A DNA stretch of 64,000 nt from the human T2T-CHM13v2.0 reference genome, Homo sapiens. This document shows positions 14,791 to 27,789 of this stretch, piece by piece. The stretch lies in the NCBI RefSeq assembly GCF_009914755.1, contig NC_060925.1. One strand, 5' to 3'. The notes under the pieces were generated by a model. The model did not search any database. It was not told the origin of the DNA and saw only the letters and a list, made by a program, of their open reading frames with translations. The position numbers and the translations under genes were made by a program. The stretch's first letter is position 1; each line of letters starts with the position of its first letter.

Positions 14791-16565
14791 CACACTAGGT
14801 GGCCAGCCAGGGAATTGGAGTACAGAGAAAGGTGAGTAGCTCTGAAACCTGAGTGGGGCCTTGTGAATTTAAGCCGCCCTGTCCAGGAAGGTTTCCTGGG
14901 AGAGTGAGGTTGAAGAAACTGCTTAATATCCCTGAAATGGAAATATTTCAGTTACTGCCAAATGTGTAGCCAAAAATCAGGTTAAAGTAGTGGTGAAGTT
15001 AATCTTACAGGTTGTTTAACTGTCCTCAGTTGCATTTCGTGGTGTCCAAGATCACCTAATAGGTCCTCTAGAGGTGGGCCTGGGTTCCTGAGGATGGCTT
15101 AACAAGCAGGGAGGTAGGGCCTTCACATGATTTTCCTCTGGTTCCCAGCAACATTCTGCCCTGATCATCATAGAAGGATTTAGTCTATGTGTTTTTCGTT
15201 CGTTTGTTTTTTAAATTATAGAACAACCACTTCAGCTTGCTAAAAGGGCATCTCCTCTCTATACAGTGATGGTGCCCTTAGGTTCTGGTTGTATGGGGAT
15301 AACCTGGCTGAATGACTTGTAGATGTTCTCAAGTGTCCACAGATCCTTTTGTTTTTGCTTAATGTGCCCTTGCTGTCATTTATTCTGCTCTCCTGGGAAC
15401 ATCAGTACACTTGATTTGCTAAATTGTCAGCTCATGATATATTTACCATTAACCAAAACCCAGGCTTATGTCATAGTATGGCAATTAGTGGGAGACCTAT
15501 TTTTTTTTTTTATTTGAAGGTGATTAAATTCATTTAGGGTGAATAGTATGAAAGACATGAGCCCTAAAGGTATTTGCAATTTGCATGGAATTCTGGCAGG
15601 TGTCAAGTTTGACTGCATTATCTGGTATCTCTTGCTGTTGACTTGTTAAAACTGGATCTAAAAAAATGTAATAATCTTTTATCCCTATAGCAGATCTTTC
15701 CATTATGATAAAACTCCTGCTGGTAGTCATCTGATGAAGAACTTTTCCCTGTGGCTATGATCCTACTGTGTCCCTACAGTACAGGCAACTCAACCCATGG
15801 TGGCTACTCACAAAGACTCACAGAACCTCCAGGACACTGTCAGTCCTAGCAAAACCTTACCCTGCTTTGTTCCCTTCCCACCCCCAATGGCCAGTTACTG
15901 GGTAATTGGGGTGGTGAAAAGCCCAGCGCGATTTCCTGTTGGCAGTGTGCTGATGCAGGAGAGGGTATAGCCCCTGGGCATGGTTTTGGAATACCCGGGT
16001 GTCCTCTGACCTTATCCTCTGTCCTAATGAAAAACTTCCTGGCGTCTAGTATTGCGGCTCTCACTGGGGTCATTCTGACTTAATTATTCTAAAATCAAAA
16101 TAGATAATAGGCAGATAATGGAAGTTTTTTGGACTTTCTCCTTCCATTGTTTTAGCGAAGGAAGAAGACACACACAAATCCTCCATCCCACACTCAGTTC
16201 TATTTTGGCACCTGGTGACCGTCAGGAAAACCTGATAAACTTGAAAGTGTTGTTTCCCAATCACCTTCAGAACTGGAGAAACGCTTTCATGCTGACTTTA
16301 TCCATGGGACTGAAGAAAGGGAGAGTGTGCTCACAAGCACAAACAGGAAAGCCTTACATCACGGAGTGGCGTGGGGAGGAGTCTGCTCCTCGCTTGCTCG
16401 CTCGCTCGCCGCGCTCCCTTTGTGGCCCGAGTCGCGCGCACCGGCGGCGGCGGGGGCAGCGCGGCGCGTGTCTGTGCGCTGCGGTCGCTCGGGACCGGGA
16501 CCGGGGCGAGGCGCCGCGGGGCTGAGCCCAGCAGACATTGCGTTGGCCTCCGAGCAGGGCGCATC

Positions 16566-16622
16566 ATGCAGCGTTCGCGCACCGGAGAGAAAACTGAGAA
16601 TGAAATTGCTTTGGCAAGCTAA
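16566..16622 (+). other. Upstream ORF (18 aa, MQRSRTGEKTENEIALAS) overlapping the RGL1 start out of frame
   Basis: ATG at 16566 (A at -3), TAA at 16620-16622; main ATG at 16600 is in the +1 frame. Translation is not shown by sequence. Confidence 0.6.
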
Positions 16623-16626
16623 AATG
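16600..16626 (+). CDS. RGL1: RGL1 coding exon 1 (MKLLWQAKM)
   Basis: ATG at 16600, 9 codons, donor ATG|gtaacg; matches the recalled RGL1 N-terminus MKLLWQAKMSSIQDWGEE; phase 0. Confidence 0.93.
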
Positions 16627-17235
16627 GTAACGAGAGCTCTCTGCCTTCTCCCGAGGCTTCTCTGGTGGGGAATCTTCTCCCGCTTTCGCTGGGCGTGTTT
16701 TGGACTCCCTCGGAGTGAACGGAGCAATCCGATTCCATACTTGTGAGCTAAAGCTCTCTCACTCCGCTTTGTATTCCTCTCTCTCTGCGTGTCTTCTCCC
16801 TTTCAACCGTACCTACTTTCTCAGCAATTGCCTGTGGTGTGTCTGGGGCAGATGCATGTCAGGAGGGGAGAACTTTGAAGGAAAAAGAACTGTTAGTGTG
16901 GGTGAACCGCGGAGCGCTTCTGCGTCCCAGCGGCTCTTTAACACAAACCTCAGGTTTAGCTGGGGACATGGAAATCCAGGGGGTCGCTGCACAGATTTTA
17001 GTAGAAGCTGCCTGATGATGTGTTGCTTTTTCTGCACTTGCCAGATTATTTTACGGAAATAAAAACTTTCCACCCCCGCTAACTTTGTGGGCTCCAAAAC
17101 AATGAGGAGAAAAGACAAGCAAACCACTTCACTTCCAAAGGAGTGAGGACTCTTGGCGTTTTAAACACTTGTTTGTGTCTGAGTTTAAAATCTGGTTTCT
17201 TCAATGACCGAGCCACTCTAAAAAGTACAGACTTA

Positions 17236-17263
17236 TTCTTTTCTTTTTTTCTTTTTCTTTTTC

Positions 17264-17291
<28 letters not shown>
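17236..17291. repeat. (CTTTTT)n / poly-T tract in intron 1
   Basis: pure pyrimidine run of ~56 nt. Confidence 0.9.
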
Positions 17292-17294
<3 letters not shown>

Positions 17295-17654
17295 AAGAAT
17301 TATTTTTCCTTTCACTTAAGGGGGACAAGTTAATCAGGACTAATCTAGTTTCTTTGTAAAGAAAAAGAAAGACTTCAAAACAAAACTATTTAAGATATGT
17401 GAGCAAGTCTAGGAGAAATAACTAAATGGAAAAGTCAGGGGATCCTGATACCACAGGAAGGGACTGCAAGCCAAGAAAATCTCAGCATTCCCTCTATCAA
17501 AATGTGTCTTGTATTGCGGATTGTAATATTTATTTTGAACAGCCCATCTTGTGCCCTGAGTGCTGTTGTAAGCAGCAAGGCAGCTGGGATAGATTGTGGT
17601 TAGCAGAGAGGAAAAAAATACTCTTTTTCTTTCTCTTTATCCCGTCCCTGGCAG

Positions 17655-17765
17655 AGCTCGATTCAGGACTGGGGTGAAGAGGTAGAGGAAGGAGCTGTTT
17701 ACCATGTCACCCTCAAAAGAGTCCAGATTCAACAGGCTGCCAATAAAGGAGCAAGATGGCTAGGG
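17655..17765 (+). CDS. RGL1: RGL1 coding exon 2 (SSIQDWGEEVEEGAVYHVTLKRVQIQQAANKGARWLG)
   Basis: polypyrimidine tract + ggcag| acceptor, 111 nt open, donor GGG|gtgagt; RalGDS-family N-terminal sequence. Confidence 0.96.
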
Positions 17766-19989
17766 GTGAGTAAAGCTGGCGAGATGGTGAACTTTGGAAT
17801 TTCAGTGTCTGTCGTTCTGTGAATATCATTATTATTTAACAGAGGCAGGCTTTTTTTTTTTTCCTCTTTTCGCTTTAAAAAGGAAAATGCTAATGACCAA
17901 GTGTTTGCACTAGCTGAACAGGTCTCTTTTTGTATTTAATGTTTTCAAAAGCATCTTCCCTAGGTTTGTCAATAATTCAGAACCTCTTAGAAACATCTTG
18001 AGGTCTTTGGCAAATAGATTGGGGGTGGAGTGGCAGAAAATGACACACAGAATACAGGCCCAGAGAGCAGCACTCTCTTAGACAAGAGCCATAAGCAGCT
18101 TTGCCCAGAAGCCACCCTTGTCTCTCTCTGCCCTCCCCCAATTGATGCTGTCAGCGTCTGCCTTGCTCCTATATCTCTAGGAGGTACCCAGATTGCTCAG
18201 GAGACAGAGCATTCCAAGTCTGCATCCTTTGAGGGGTGGTAGATTTCCTATTGTGATCTCTTTTCTATATCTTGGGAGGAGGCAAATGGATGCTTAGTAC
18301 CCACTACTTTGTGTGTAGAGTGGTGGGCCTTTGGAAAAATGCTGCTTCTGTAAACAGGACTCTTTTCCACTGAGATTGTAAAATATTGGGTGAGGTCATG
18401 CAAGTTTGTAGGTATCACCTAGTAGATCCTTCAACACATCCCAAATAAAGCGAATATGAGAAATGGAAAGCTCAGCGACAGGATCACTACTTGGGCAAAT
18501 GTCAAACATGTGGAAGAATGAAGGGATTCTTGATCTGGAAGGAGAAGTAGTTCTCAGACCAGGCGGTGAGAGGCGACCCAAAAAGCCTTGAGAAAGAAAA
18601 TAATGGTTGGCTGAATAGAGGGGGTGGAGTGTGATTTCACCTGGCTGGCCTTATTTTAGCCGATGGGCTTCAGAGTGTTGAAGATTTATGCACTTGCATC
18701 CCATCTTTAGCGGCTTGGAGTCTCTGAAAATTCAGAATATTTTGAGCAGCATTCAAAGGTGGAGTGTGAAGGAGGATAGGACACAAAATTGCACAGGGCC
18801 TCCTGTTAAGAGTAGTGGTAACGTGTGACTTGTAACTCCAGGGAGTTTAAGGCAGGATGGTGGCCCATGGCCGGCAGCAATCACTTCCTCTGCCATGAGT
18901 CTGCTGACACAGGCATTCATTGCTTTGGGCTTCCCCAGCTGCTTCAGCTCAGGCCTTTCCTGCTACTGTACTTTGGGCCAAGGTATCACCCATGAGGGCC
19001 AGAAATTGTTAATGACATCTGCAGGTGTGGTCTGGAAAGATAGGAGCTTTCCAGTGAGAACTAGAGGTCTTCACTTACCAAGTACCTACCTTACTCAGAA
19101 TATGATTTTAAAATTAATTATGTATATCACTAGCAGACCTGATAGGGAAAGCAGAACTAGAGTTCTGACAAGTCATCACTTTGTTTTTGGTGGTTGTGTG
19201 TATGTATTTTATTTAAATGTGGCGTCCATGTGGTTTGGCCTCTAGCTATTTCAGAATGATTCACAACTTCTGAACCAGTTGTCTTCAAAAGGGTCATTAC
19301 ATTTTTTTGGTATCAGGTTATTCCTCTCTTTCTAATGAGACTGACTTTGCTTGGGTGACTGTTTTAGTTTTCAGCCATATACAACATTAGTTATGAGTAA
19401 GTCATTGGAAATGGAGGGGTTCACTCTGTAGGCCCCACATCTACAAACTGTCATGTATTTAGATGCTCAGAGTTATTTAGTAATCCCCACTGACTGTTCT
19501 CTTCACTAGACTTCACTTCTTTTCTTCTCTCTCCCTTCTCTCAGTGTTCTCAAATTTATACAGAGTTCAGAGTTAATTCACCCTGGATTCAACAGTAGAT
19601 ATGAAATACTGAGAAGGAGGATAATGTGAAAAGATTGGCTCTAGTTGATGGAGGAATCTGTCCCCCTCGCCCCCATTTCAACAAAGTGTGATTTACTGCT
19701 ACCAGCCTACTCCTTTATTGCAAGTTCCTAGGGGCTCTCCAGCTCTAATCTACGTGTTTTCTTGTCTTAGGTGTCCTGTTGGGAAGTTCTGTTTTTGTCC
19801 TTGAAAATTCCAGACTTAATTAAATGTGACTCAACCCATTGAGCCATAGCAATTACAAACCTTTCTCTTTAGAACTGAGTGGCTTCCCCATGTTTGTTTT
19901 CCTGTATTCCAGTACCCTTTCAAAATTCTTCAAAGTAACTAGTTTCAGAGTTACTAGAGAGTGGGGTCAGGTGAGGAAATTATTGCAAT

Positions 19990-20150
19990 ATGACAACAAC
20001 CTTCTGAGGAAGGTGGTGTTGTGATGATCTCTCTCTCTCTCTTTTTTTTTTTTTTAACATGAGGAGACTAATGCCCAGAGAGGTTAAATTGTTTGCCAGG
20101 GTCACACAGCTATGAAGTGGTAAACACCAGATTCAAATCCAGATGGTTGG
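19990..20150 (-). mobile_element. MIR
   Basis: atgaggagactaatgcccagagaggttaaattgtttgccagggtcacacagcta...gattcaaatccag. Confidence 0.8.
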
Positions 20151-20942
20151 CTCTTTGTTGTGAAGAATTTCCTGGGACCTTAAGGCTGTTTCCATAGTAG
20201 TAGAAAAGAACATTGGCTCAAAAGACTGAGGATGCTTTGGGTGTGCTTTTCCCTAATGTTGCAAGACTGGAGAGATGTAACTTTCTTTTCTTCATGTCTA
20301 GAATGATAACTTGAGCTGCAAATTGAGATATTTGTTGCGAAGCTATGATCTCACTGATAAACTCCCCATTTTGGAGGTTTAAAGCAGGATGCATTGAAGA
20401 TATGAAGATACGTATGAGGTTATGTAGCATGTGAGGATAGGCATAGCTTTGTTACGTGTCTGTAATGCTTATTCCAGATGCCTAAAAGATGGAACATAAT
20501 TTTTGTATTTTCTAGTATTCAGATCTCAAAACATAATTAAGATTCAATTTTGGGGAGGAGAGCAAAATAATTACATATCCTCAGATGTGAAGTATTATAC
20601 AGTCCAAAACATTTAGGTCATTCTTTTTTATTTTGTCTGTTAAATTCTGTGTTCAGTTGATCTTTTAAAGTAAAACTCTGTGTTTGGAAAACTACAACCA
20701 AGTATGTCCCAGGCCCAGTTTACTTGTACGTGCAGCTGCATCCTTGCCCATTGACGGTGAGATTATATTGGCAACTTTGAAAAACCAAATATTATTGAAA
20801 TACTGACCCATTTTCCCTTTACAATAACATCTTTGGCTGGGATAATTTTACCCACCTATAATTCTCGAAGAAAAATGACTTCAATTATGTCACAAAATTT
20901 AAAAAATCTTAGGATTGGAAGAGACATTAAAGAGCAATTCCG

Positions 20943-21310
<368 letters not shown>

Positions 21311-22079
21311 TTATTTGTCTTTGGTCCCAGTGTTGTGGTTGTATATGGACAGTGAATAATATAGAAAAGAGTTAAGAAAATATCAGTATCCTCTGGAAGC
21401 AGGAAGTGTAACATTTCAGGATGAATACTCAAAGGGACAGAGGAAAAGAATTCAACTGTTTGGGAAGGGCTTTGGTGTCAGAAGTTCATGCTGTTGTCTT
21501 CAGAATATGACAGACTCAGGGTCCAAAAAACATGTCAGCCTAAGATAAGTTCCAAGTGAGGATATTTTTTTTACAAGCAAGATTGTGAGTGCTAGGTCAC
21601 TTCTGCAAAATTTGTGGGCAGTGGAATGATCAGTGGTTAGTCACGTGGCTCTTCTTAGTCCTGTACTTCTGTGGTCATGCAGTCCTTGTGGTGGGGCACT
21701 GAGGCCTTTCTGCCCTGTGTCCAGTGTTTGTCACACCGTTTCCCACATAGGCTCTTGATAAATGTTTGTGGGACTGAGTTGAAATGCAAGATAGATGGGA
21801 GTCTGGTAAAGAGAGGGAAATAGAATGGAGAAAGTTGAATATATGTAGAAATAAAAGAACCTAGAAACATTAGGTCATAGAACGTGGCATTTGGGCAAAT
21901 TGTGGCCAATCATGGGTTATGTGGGGACTGTGGTAAGATAACCATTTGTCACATCTGGATTGAGAAGTTGACTCTCACTTGGATGTTCTATTTAGATTGA
22001 CTCTACCTGGCATTTTCATGGTGTTGCTATCCATGTTGCCTTCAAATGGCATACAGTTCCTGGAGTTTTCAGCTAATTT

Positions 22080-22290
22080 CACTTCTGGGAGCCTTCTCTA
22101 ATCCCCCAGCTCTGGATGAGGCGTCCCTTCTGTGTGCTCCAGAGGCATTCTGCGTCTCACTGTTGTGCATTTACCTCACTCTGTTGTAATTGCCTGTTTA
22201 CTTGTTTGTTATCTTCCATTAGACTGTAAGCTTGCAACCATGGCCATCTAGTTGGCAGAAACTCAATACATGTTTGTTGAATGAATAGGT
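22080..22290 (+). mobile_element. L2 3' end
   Basis: attagactgtaagctt...actcaatacatgtttgttgaatgaat. Confidence 0.75.
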
Positions 22291-23754
22291 CATGCCTCAT
22301 CCTTCTTTGGGGGACTAATATTGTTTTTATAAGTATGAATGCATAGTTGGTTCTCATTTAAAACAAAGTCTACATGAAGATGTTCACTTACAAAGAAGAA
22401 GAAAGGGGCATGGGAGCAAGAAAAATCAATTAGGTAATGATTATAGCTGTCTTACACCCATTCGAGAACAAAGCAGGGCACAAAGGTATCAATTATTCAT
22501 TTTAACGAACATTCCCCAGTGCCTTTTAAAACCAAGAGGTCCAGTTGTACTTCTCTTGCTGCTGAATGTTGAAGAAAAAAAAGGCAATGCATGAGTTAAA
22601 AAGCATTGGCTAGCATTACAATTATGTGTGGTTGGAAAGTGCAGGAGTGGGATTTTAGAATTGTAAGGAGATAAGCCCTAGAGGAGCCTTTAGTTTATAG
22701 TTGGTCATCCTTGTTTTCATCTAGGAAAACAGGCCCTTGGGTTGCATTATATGTGTCTATTGGAATGTTTAATTTAGGCTTTAGAAAGTAGATTTCAGAA
22801 TTTAGCAGCTATGTGTAAATGAACCAACTGGTATTTTTAATTTTGACCTTAGAAACACGTTTTTAAAATTATTAATCCACTGATAGGGTAGCCTCTACCA
22901 ATCAAGAAAATTTAGTAAATTTAAATTGCCTGAGATATTATTACACTGGATCCTTTTGGTGCTAGTGCTTTCAAATTCTGTTGGGATCTGTGTTAGGAAT
23001 ATGTGACATGTAATCAAGAATATCCATTTCAATTCACCAATCCAGGGAATACTCAGCTGAGTTCAAAATACATGTCAACTCCCAGCAAATACATAATGGC
23101 ATAAATATAAGAGGCACATTAATTCCTTATACTTAAAAGTGTATATTCTGTTAAAACAATTTTATGAACATATTTTATTCTTATTTCTGTGAAATCATAA
23201 AGAAAAAGCCTCTTGGAGTTTTACTCTTAGAAAGAAAATGAGAGAAATAAGGTAAATACTGTGCCTTTCCACTTTAGAGCTTAGCTGGAATTTGTCACTG
23301 CCCAATTCCACTCCCTTTAGTTTCCTTTGCCCATGGTATATGTGTCTCTTTAAGCTTCCCCCTTCTAAATAATCAGAATTTTTTGACTGTCTTACGTATT
23401 TTATGTTAAGATATGCAAAAATGCACTACATAGTAAAACATTCTAATTTGTACCATCATATTCTTTTTACATAAAAAATTAGTTTCTATAAACAGAGCAA
23501 GAAAAGTTTTGGTTAAGTGGGGGAAGATAAGAAATGTTACTTCATTCCACCAGAGAAGCTCAGCTCTGTGTCTGGGTTGCCAATGGGTGTGGCTATCTCA
23601 AGACGTAGAGTTGATTTGGAGTTCTTTGGAGATTTTGGCAGTTTCTGGGTCATTTGCTAGTAAACACATCCAGTGTGAACTCCCTCGCTGCTGTTGCATA
23701 TTTCTATATGATTCTGTCATTTGCATTTGAGCCTGCTAAACTCTCCTTCCATAC

Positions 23755-24470
23755 CATTCATTTATTCATCAAAAGCCTGCTTTATGCCAGACACCATGTT
23801 AAATCTTGAGAATACAAAGTAAAATACTCCTTGTTCTAGAGGAACTTACAAGTAAGTGAGGGAGACAAAGTTGAATTAATTACAATATATTGTGGCAAGT
23901 GTGACCATTGCTAGGGGAGCCCAGAATCAGGGGCATTTAAATCAAATGCGAGTGACAGGTGGGCAATCCAGGAAGCCTGCACAGAGGAGAGGGCCCTTCA
24001 GTGGAGAAGTGACGGATGAGTGAGAGTTAAATGAGGGCTGGGACGCTGGGGGCCAGCATTCCAACTAGAGAGCACAGCCTGTGGGAAGGTGTGGAGGCCT
24101 GAAATGAGACTTCCCCTGTGAGGCTCAGCCTGGGGAAGAGATAAGGGAACCCGGTGGGAAAGGGAGAGGAAAGGGGGCTGGAGAGAAAGGCATGAGTCAT
24201 GTCACCAAGAACCTGGAATGCTAAGCTATGGAATCTGCTTCATCTTTAATGTTAGCATAGTCATTGAAGAGTTTTAAGCAGAGTGGCATGGTCAGATTTG
24301 CATTTTAGAACAATGACTGACAGCTGCAGGGGAGATGCATTGGAAGGGAGCCAGACTGGAGCATGGGGACCCAGGAGGAGGCTTTCTTTAGTGGTAATGA
24401 AGTGAAGAAAGGGATGAGGACCTGACTGAAGCTGTGGCGGCAGAGTGGACAAGGTAGGTGGGGATGAGTG
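23755..24470 (-). mobile_element. L2 fragment
   Basis: cattcatttattcatc...tatgccagacaccatg...ttttaagcagagtggcatggtcagatttgcattttagaa. Confidence 0.7.
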
Positions 24471-26269
24471 TAGGCGGGGCACAGGGCGAGGATTCCTGGC
24501 AGGCACACTGGTTTCAAAGAGCAGGTCAGCAAAAGGCTTTCTGGAGTCAGTGTTGTCCTCTTCTCACTGGGTGAAATGTACTGGGGACTTCAAGTCAGCC
24601 TTCCTCCATATACACTAGCAAATGCCTGCGTTACTGTCAGAAGGCTTGGCAGAAAAACCAGATCCAGGCATGCCTGATGTGTCATGTCTAGAGACGAAAT
24701 CACAGTTTAGGCTCACCATGAACAAGGCAGAAGCCCTGCTTGACTTCTCAGATTCCAGAGAACTTTGCAGAGTTGGTGGTTTCTTTTTCTTTCTTCCTTT
24801 CTTTTTTTAAAGTCTTCTGTTTCCCTACAAACCAAACAAATTGAATCTGAAGACCATGGAGAGAGAATAAATATGGAACCTGCAGGACTATGATTACAGA
24901 GTTGTATTTTAGAAAACAGCAGTTAAACTTATAATTGTGTTGTTAGGGACACAAGAAATTTTATGGTTAGGTGTCCTGGTCTTTTTCCATCTTCCTACAC
25001 AATGTGTTTAAATTCTGTCTGATACTCTTTATCCTAGCAGCTGACATTGCTGTTCTTAAAGGCTCACTCTGATTGCTAATTCTCACTCCTTGTATAAAAG
25101 AAAAATTTCAGTAAGATAGAATGCTTCCCTAGTTTACTGCTACCTCCTCTCAGTCTCACTCACTCTCTCACTTAAATACACACACAGCCTATATATTAAA
25201 ATGTCTTTTCACATTTTATTTTTTAGGATTTGGTTCACCTTATAATGTCACTTATGGCCTCTTCTATATAATTGATCAAAGCTTGATTTTGTCATGTTTT
25301 GCTTGATTTCCCTTAATTGTGTCATTATTGAGATTGTTTGATTGACTTTACTCAGAGAACTGCTTTTAGTTTAAAAAGGAATAAAAACAGAGGAAGAAAG
25401 GAAGGACTAAAAGTAGAACAAGCTTACAACATTGGGTAGAAGACACCACCTTGTAGGAAGCTCAGTTAGTCTCATACAGAGAGAGAGAGAGAGAATCATG
25501 TCATTTCCCACTGATCCTTTTGTCTTGTCATTGTAGAAATACCTGTGTCTTTCCACTGATGTGACTGCATATGTTTCCCAATGCTTTGGGCCTCTGCTTG
25601 GCTTGTTTCCTCAAAACCACCTTCTCCTTTATGTTATGTGGCGTATGACTTCTGAGGATAACAGTGGTGGTGGTTGGGGGTGGGGTGTTGCTGGTGGTTC
25701 TAGATCTTTTTTAAACTCTCACAGACTCATTACCCTACATTTTCTAGCATGTAATTGCTTATGCCATCTGTGGTCCATTCATTTGAATTTGTTTCAGCAC
25801 AGTTAATCTAATCCTATGTAAACTCCCCCAGAAGTTTTTTATGTTTTTCTTTTCTGCAAAGAATTCAGCAATTCAACTTTTTTCCCTTGTTTCCTGCTGT
25901 TTTAAATACTCATTTTCATCTTTTATAAAAATGAAGCCAAGGCTGAGTATTTCCAGTTTCTTAATTCTGAAGACAATTTGAAGGCAAAAAGCAAACCTTT
26001 TCTGCTAAGGGTAGGATGTCTTAGGTCAGTCATATCAACTGAATCTCTCCGCAACCCTCTTGCTAGTAATTCTTCCATAGTTATGTGCCATTCTTATTAT
26101 GCCCATAACTTCTGTCACTAATGGTGATGGAGCTAGAGTCTGTGGACAATATTTATCTAAGAAAAGAACATTTAAGTATGTAGGTAAAAATAACTGAAAC
26201 TGGATTAGACATTGGCTAAAAATAAAATGCTTTATAGTCATGACTTTTCCAATTAAAATTGCAATACTT

Positions 26270-26645
<376 letters not shown>

Positions 26646-26869
26646 TTAGTTTGTGAAGCACAGGGAAAAGACTTGCCACTTTCTGTCCAAAGGCTGATTC
26701 CTTCTAAAGACATGACACAATAAACATGTCTGTTTTAAAAATGACTTTAGGGCCCAGAGCCATCAAGGCCTGGCTAGGGAATTAGCTCAGTTGGGGACTT
26801 CGTAGACACTGGCACCTCCTGGCTGCTTTTCATTTTCAGGGGTATGTTCAGCAGGAGCCCTGGAATAGG

Positions 26870-27110
26870 GAGGTAGCTTAGCACAGTGGTCAAGAACCTA
26901 TGCTTTAGAGCCAGACTTCCATGCAAAACTCACCTCTACCACATGTGAGCTATACAGGCCTGAGCTGTGAAGTTACTTAACCTCTCTAGGCCTGAGCTCC
27001 TTACCTGTAACGGGGAGAATAGCAGTGCCTTCCTGATGGAATGACTGTCAGGAGTAAATGAGTTATGTATGTAAGGTGCTAGGATATGGTGTGCACTCAA
27101 CTCACTGAGT
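26870..27110 (+). mobile_element. MIR
   Basis: gcacagtggtcaagaacc...tttagagccagact...aagttacttaacctctct...ctgtaacgggg. Confidence 0.8.
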
Positions 27111-27789
27111 GGTGGGGCTCTCGTCAGCACCCCCACCATCAGGGCCCTCTAGAACCCTGCCATAGAACCTTGGAGAGACCTGGGTGGCTTTCTTACATGG
27201 ACCCCCTGAAGCTTGGTGTTATATGTAACCCCAGGTTGCTTAAGAAACAGTATTAGCAAGGTTTTAGGACATGTCATTAACATCCCTCTCTCATTTTGTA
27301 CATTTGAGAGGAAGGAACAATCATGGCAGGGTTTAGTAATCCTCGTATATTAGAAATAACATCTATTGTATTTTATCTCTCTGGCTCCTTGCATAATGAA
27401 AGACTGCATTATTCCTCGGGCTCCAACATTTTGCATTTGAAATTCCTTCAGTTTTCTAAAGTAATTTGTTGGTATTATTTTTATGCTTTAAAAAATATTT
27501 TATTACTTAACAGTGGGCCATATTCTGTCTTCTGTTTTGCCATTTCTGACAGAAAAATCAGACAGTCGGAAACAATTTTTCTAAAAACTGCTTGGTAAGC
27601 ATTATGCTAATCTTTCTTAATAGGACATAATTTAGGATGTTAGTAAATTGTTCTTGCACCATCAGTTTCAAGTCCTGGACTAAACTACATGAGATAAAGA
27701 TAAAATTTCTTACTGTGCTACACGTTGATTAGCTTATACAATGCCTGAGCCCCACTGCCTCAGCCAGGAATGAGCTGAGTTGCTTGTGA

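Larger units (their letters stand above)
16360..16930 (+). promoter_or_regulatory. RGL1: CpG island promoter / exon 1 (5' UTR) of RGL1
   Basis: only CpG-dense, GC-rich stretch in the window; overlaps first coding exon; no TATA box seen; TSS cannot be placed from sequence. Confidence 0.85.

Noticed and set aside
16331-16727. Antisense ORFs over the CpG island
   Set aside because: Low-complexity Ala/Arg/Pro-rich frames are expected in GC-rich DNA; no recognisable homology.
16327-16746. 139-aa ORF across the CpG island as a standalone gene
   Set aside because: It is the RGL1 frame read from the 5' UTR into intron 1; the real CDS leaves at the donor at 16627.
17079-17315. Lys/Arg-rich ORF on the minus strand
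   Set aside because: Just the reverse complement of the T-rich tract in intron 1.
17651-17657. Tandem acceptor CAGAG at exon 2
   Set aside because: The second AG is 2 nt downstream, preceded by G, and would frameshift; the first AG gives the known protein.
17742-17747. AATAAA inside exon 2
   Set aside because: Explained by the Asn-Lys codons and lies next to a strong donor; no support for use as a poly(A) signal.
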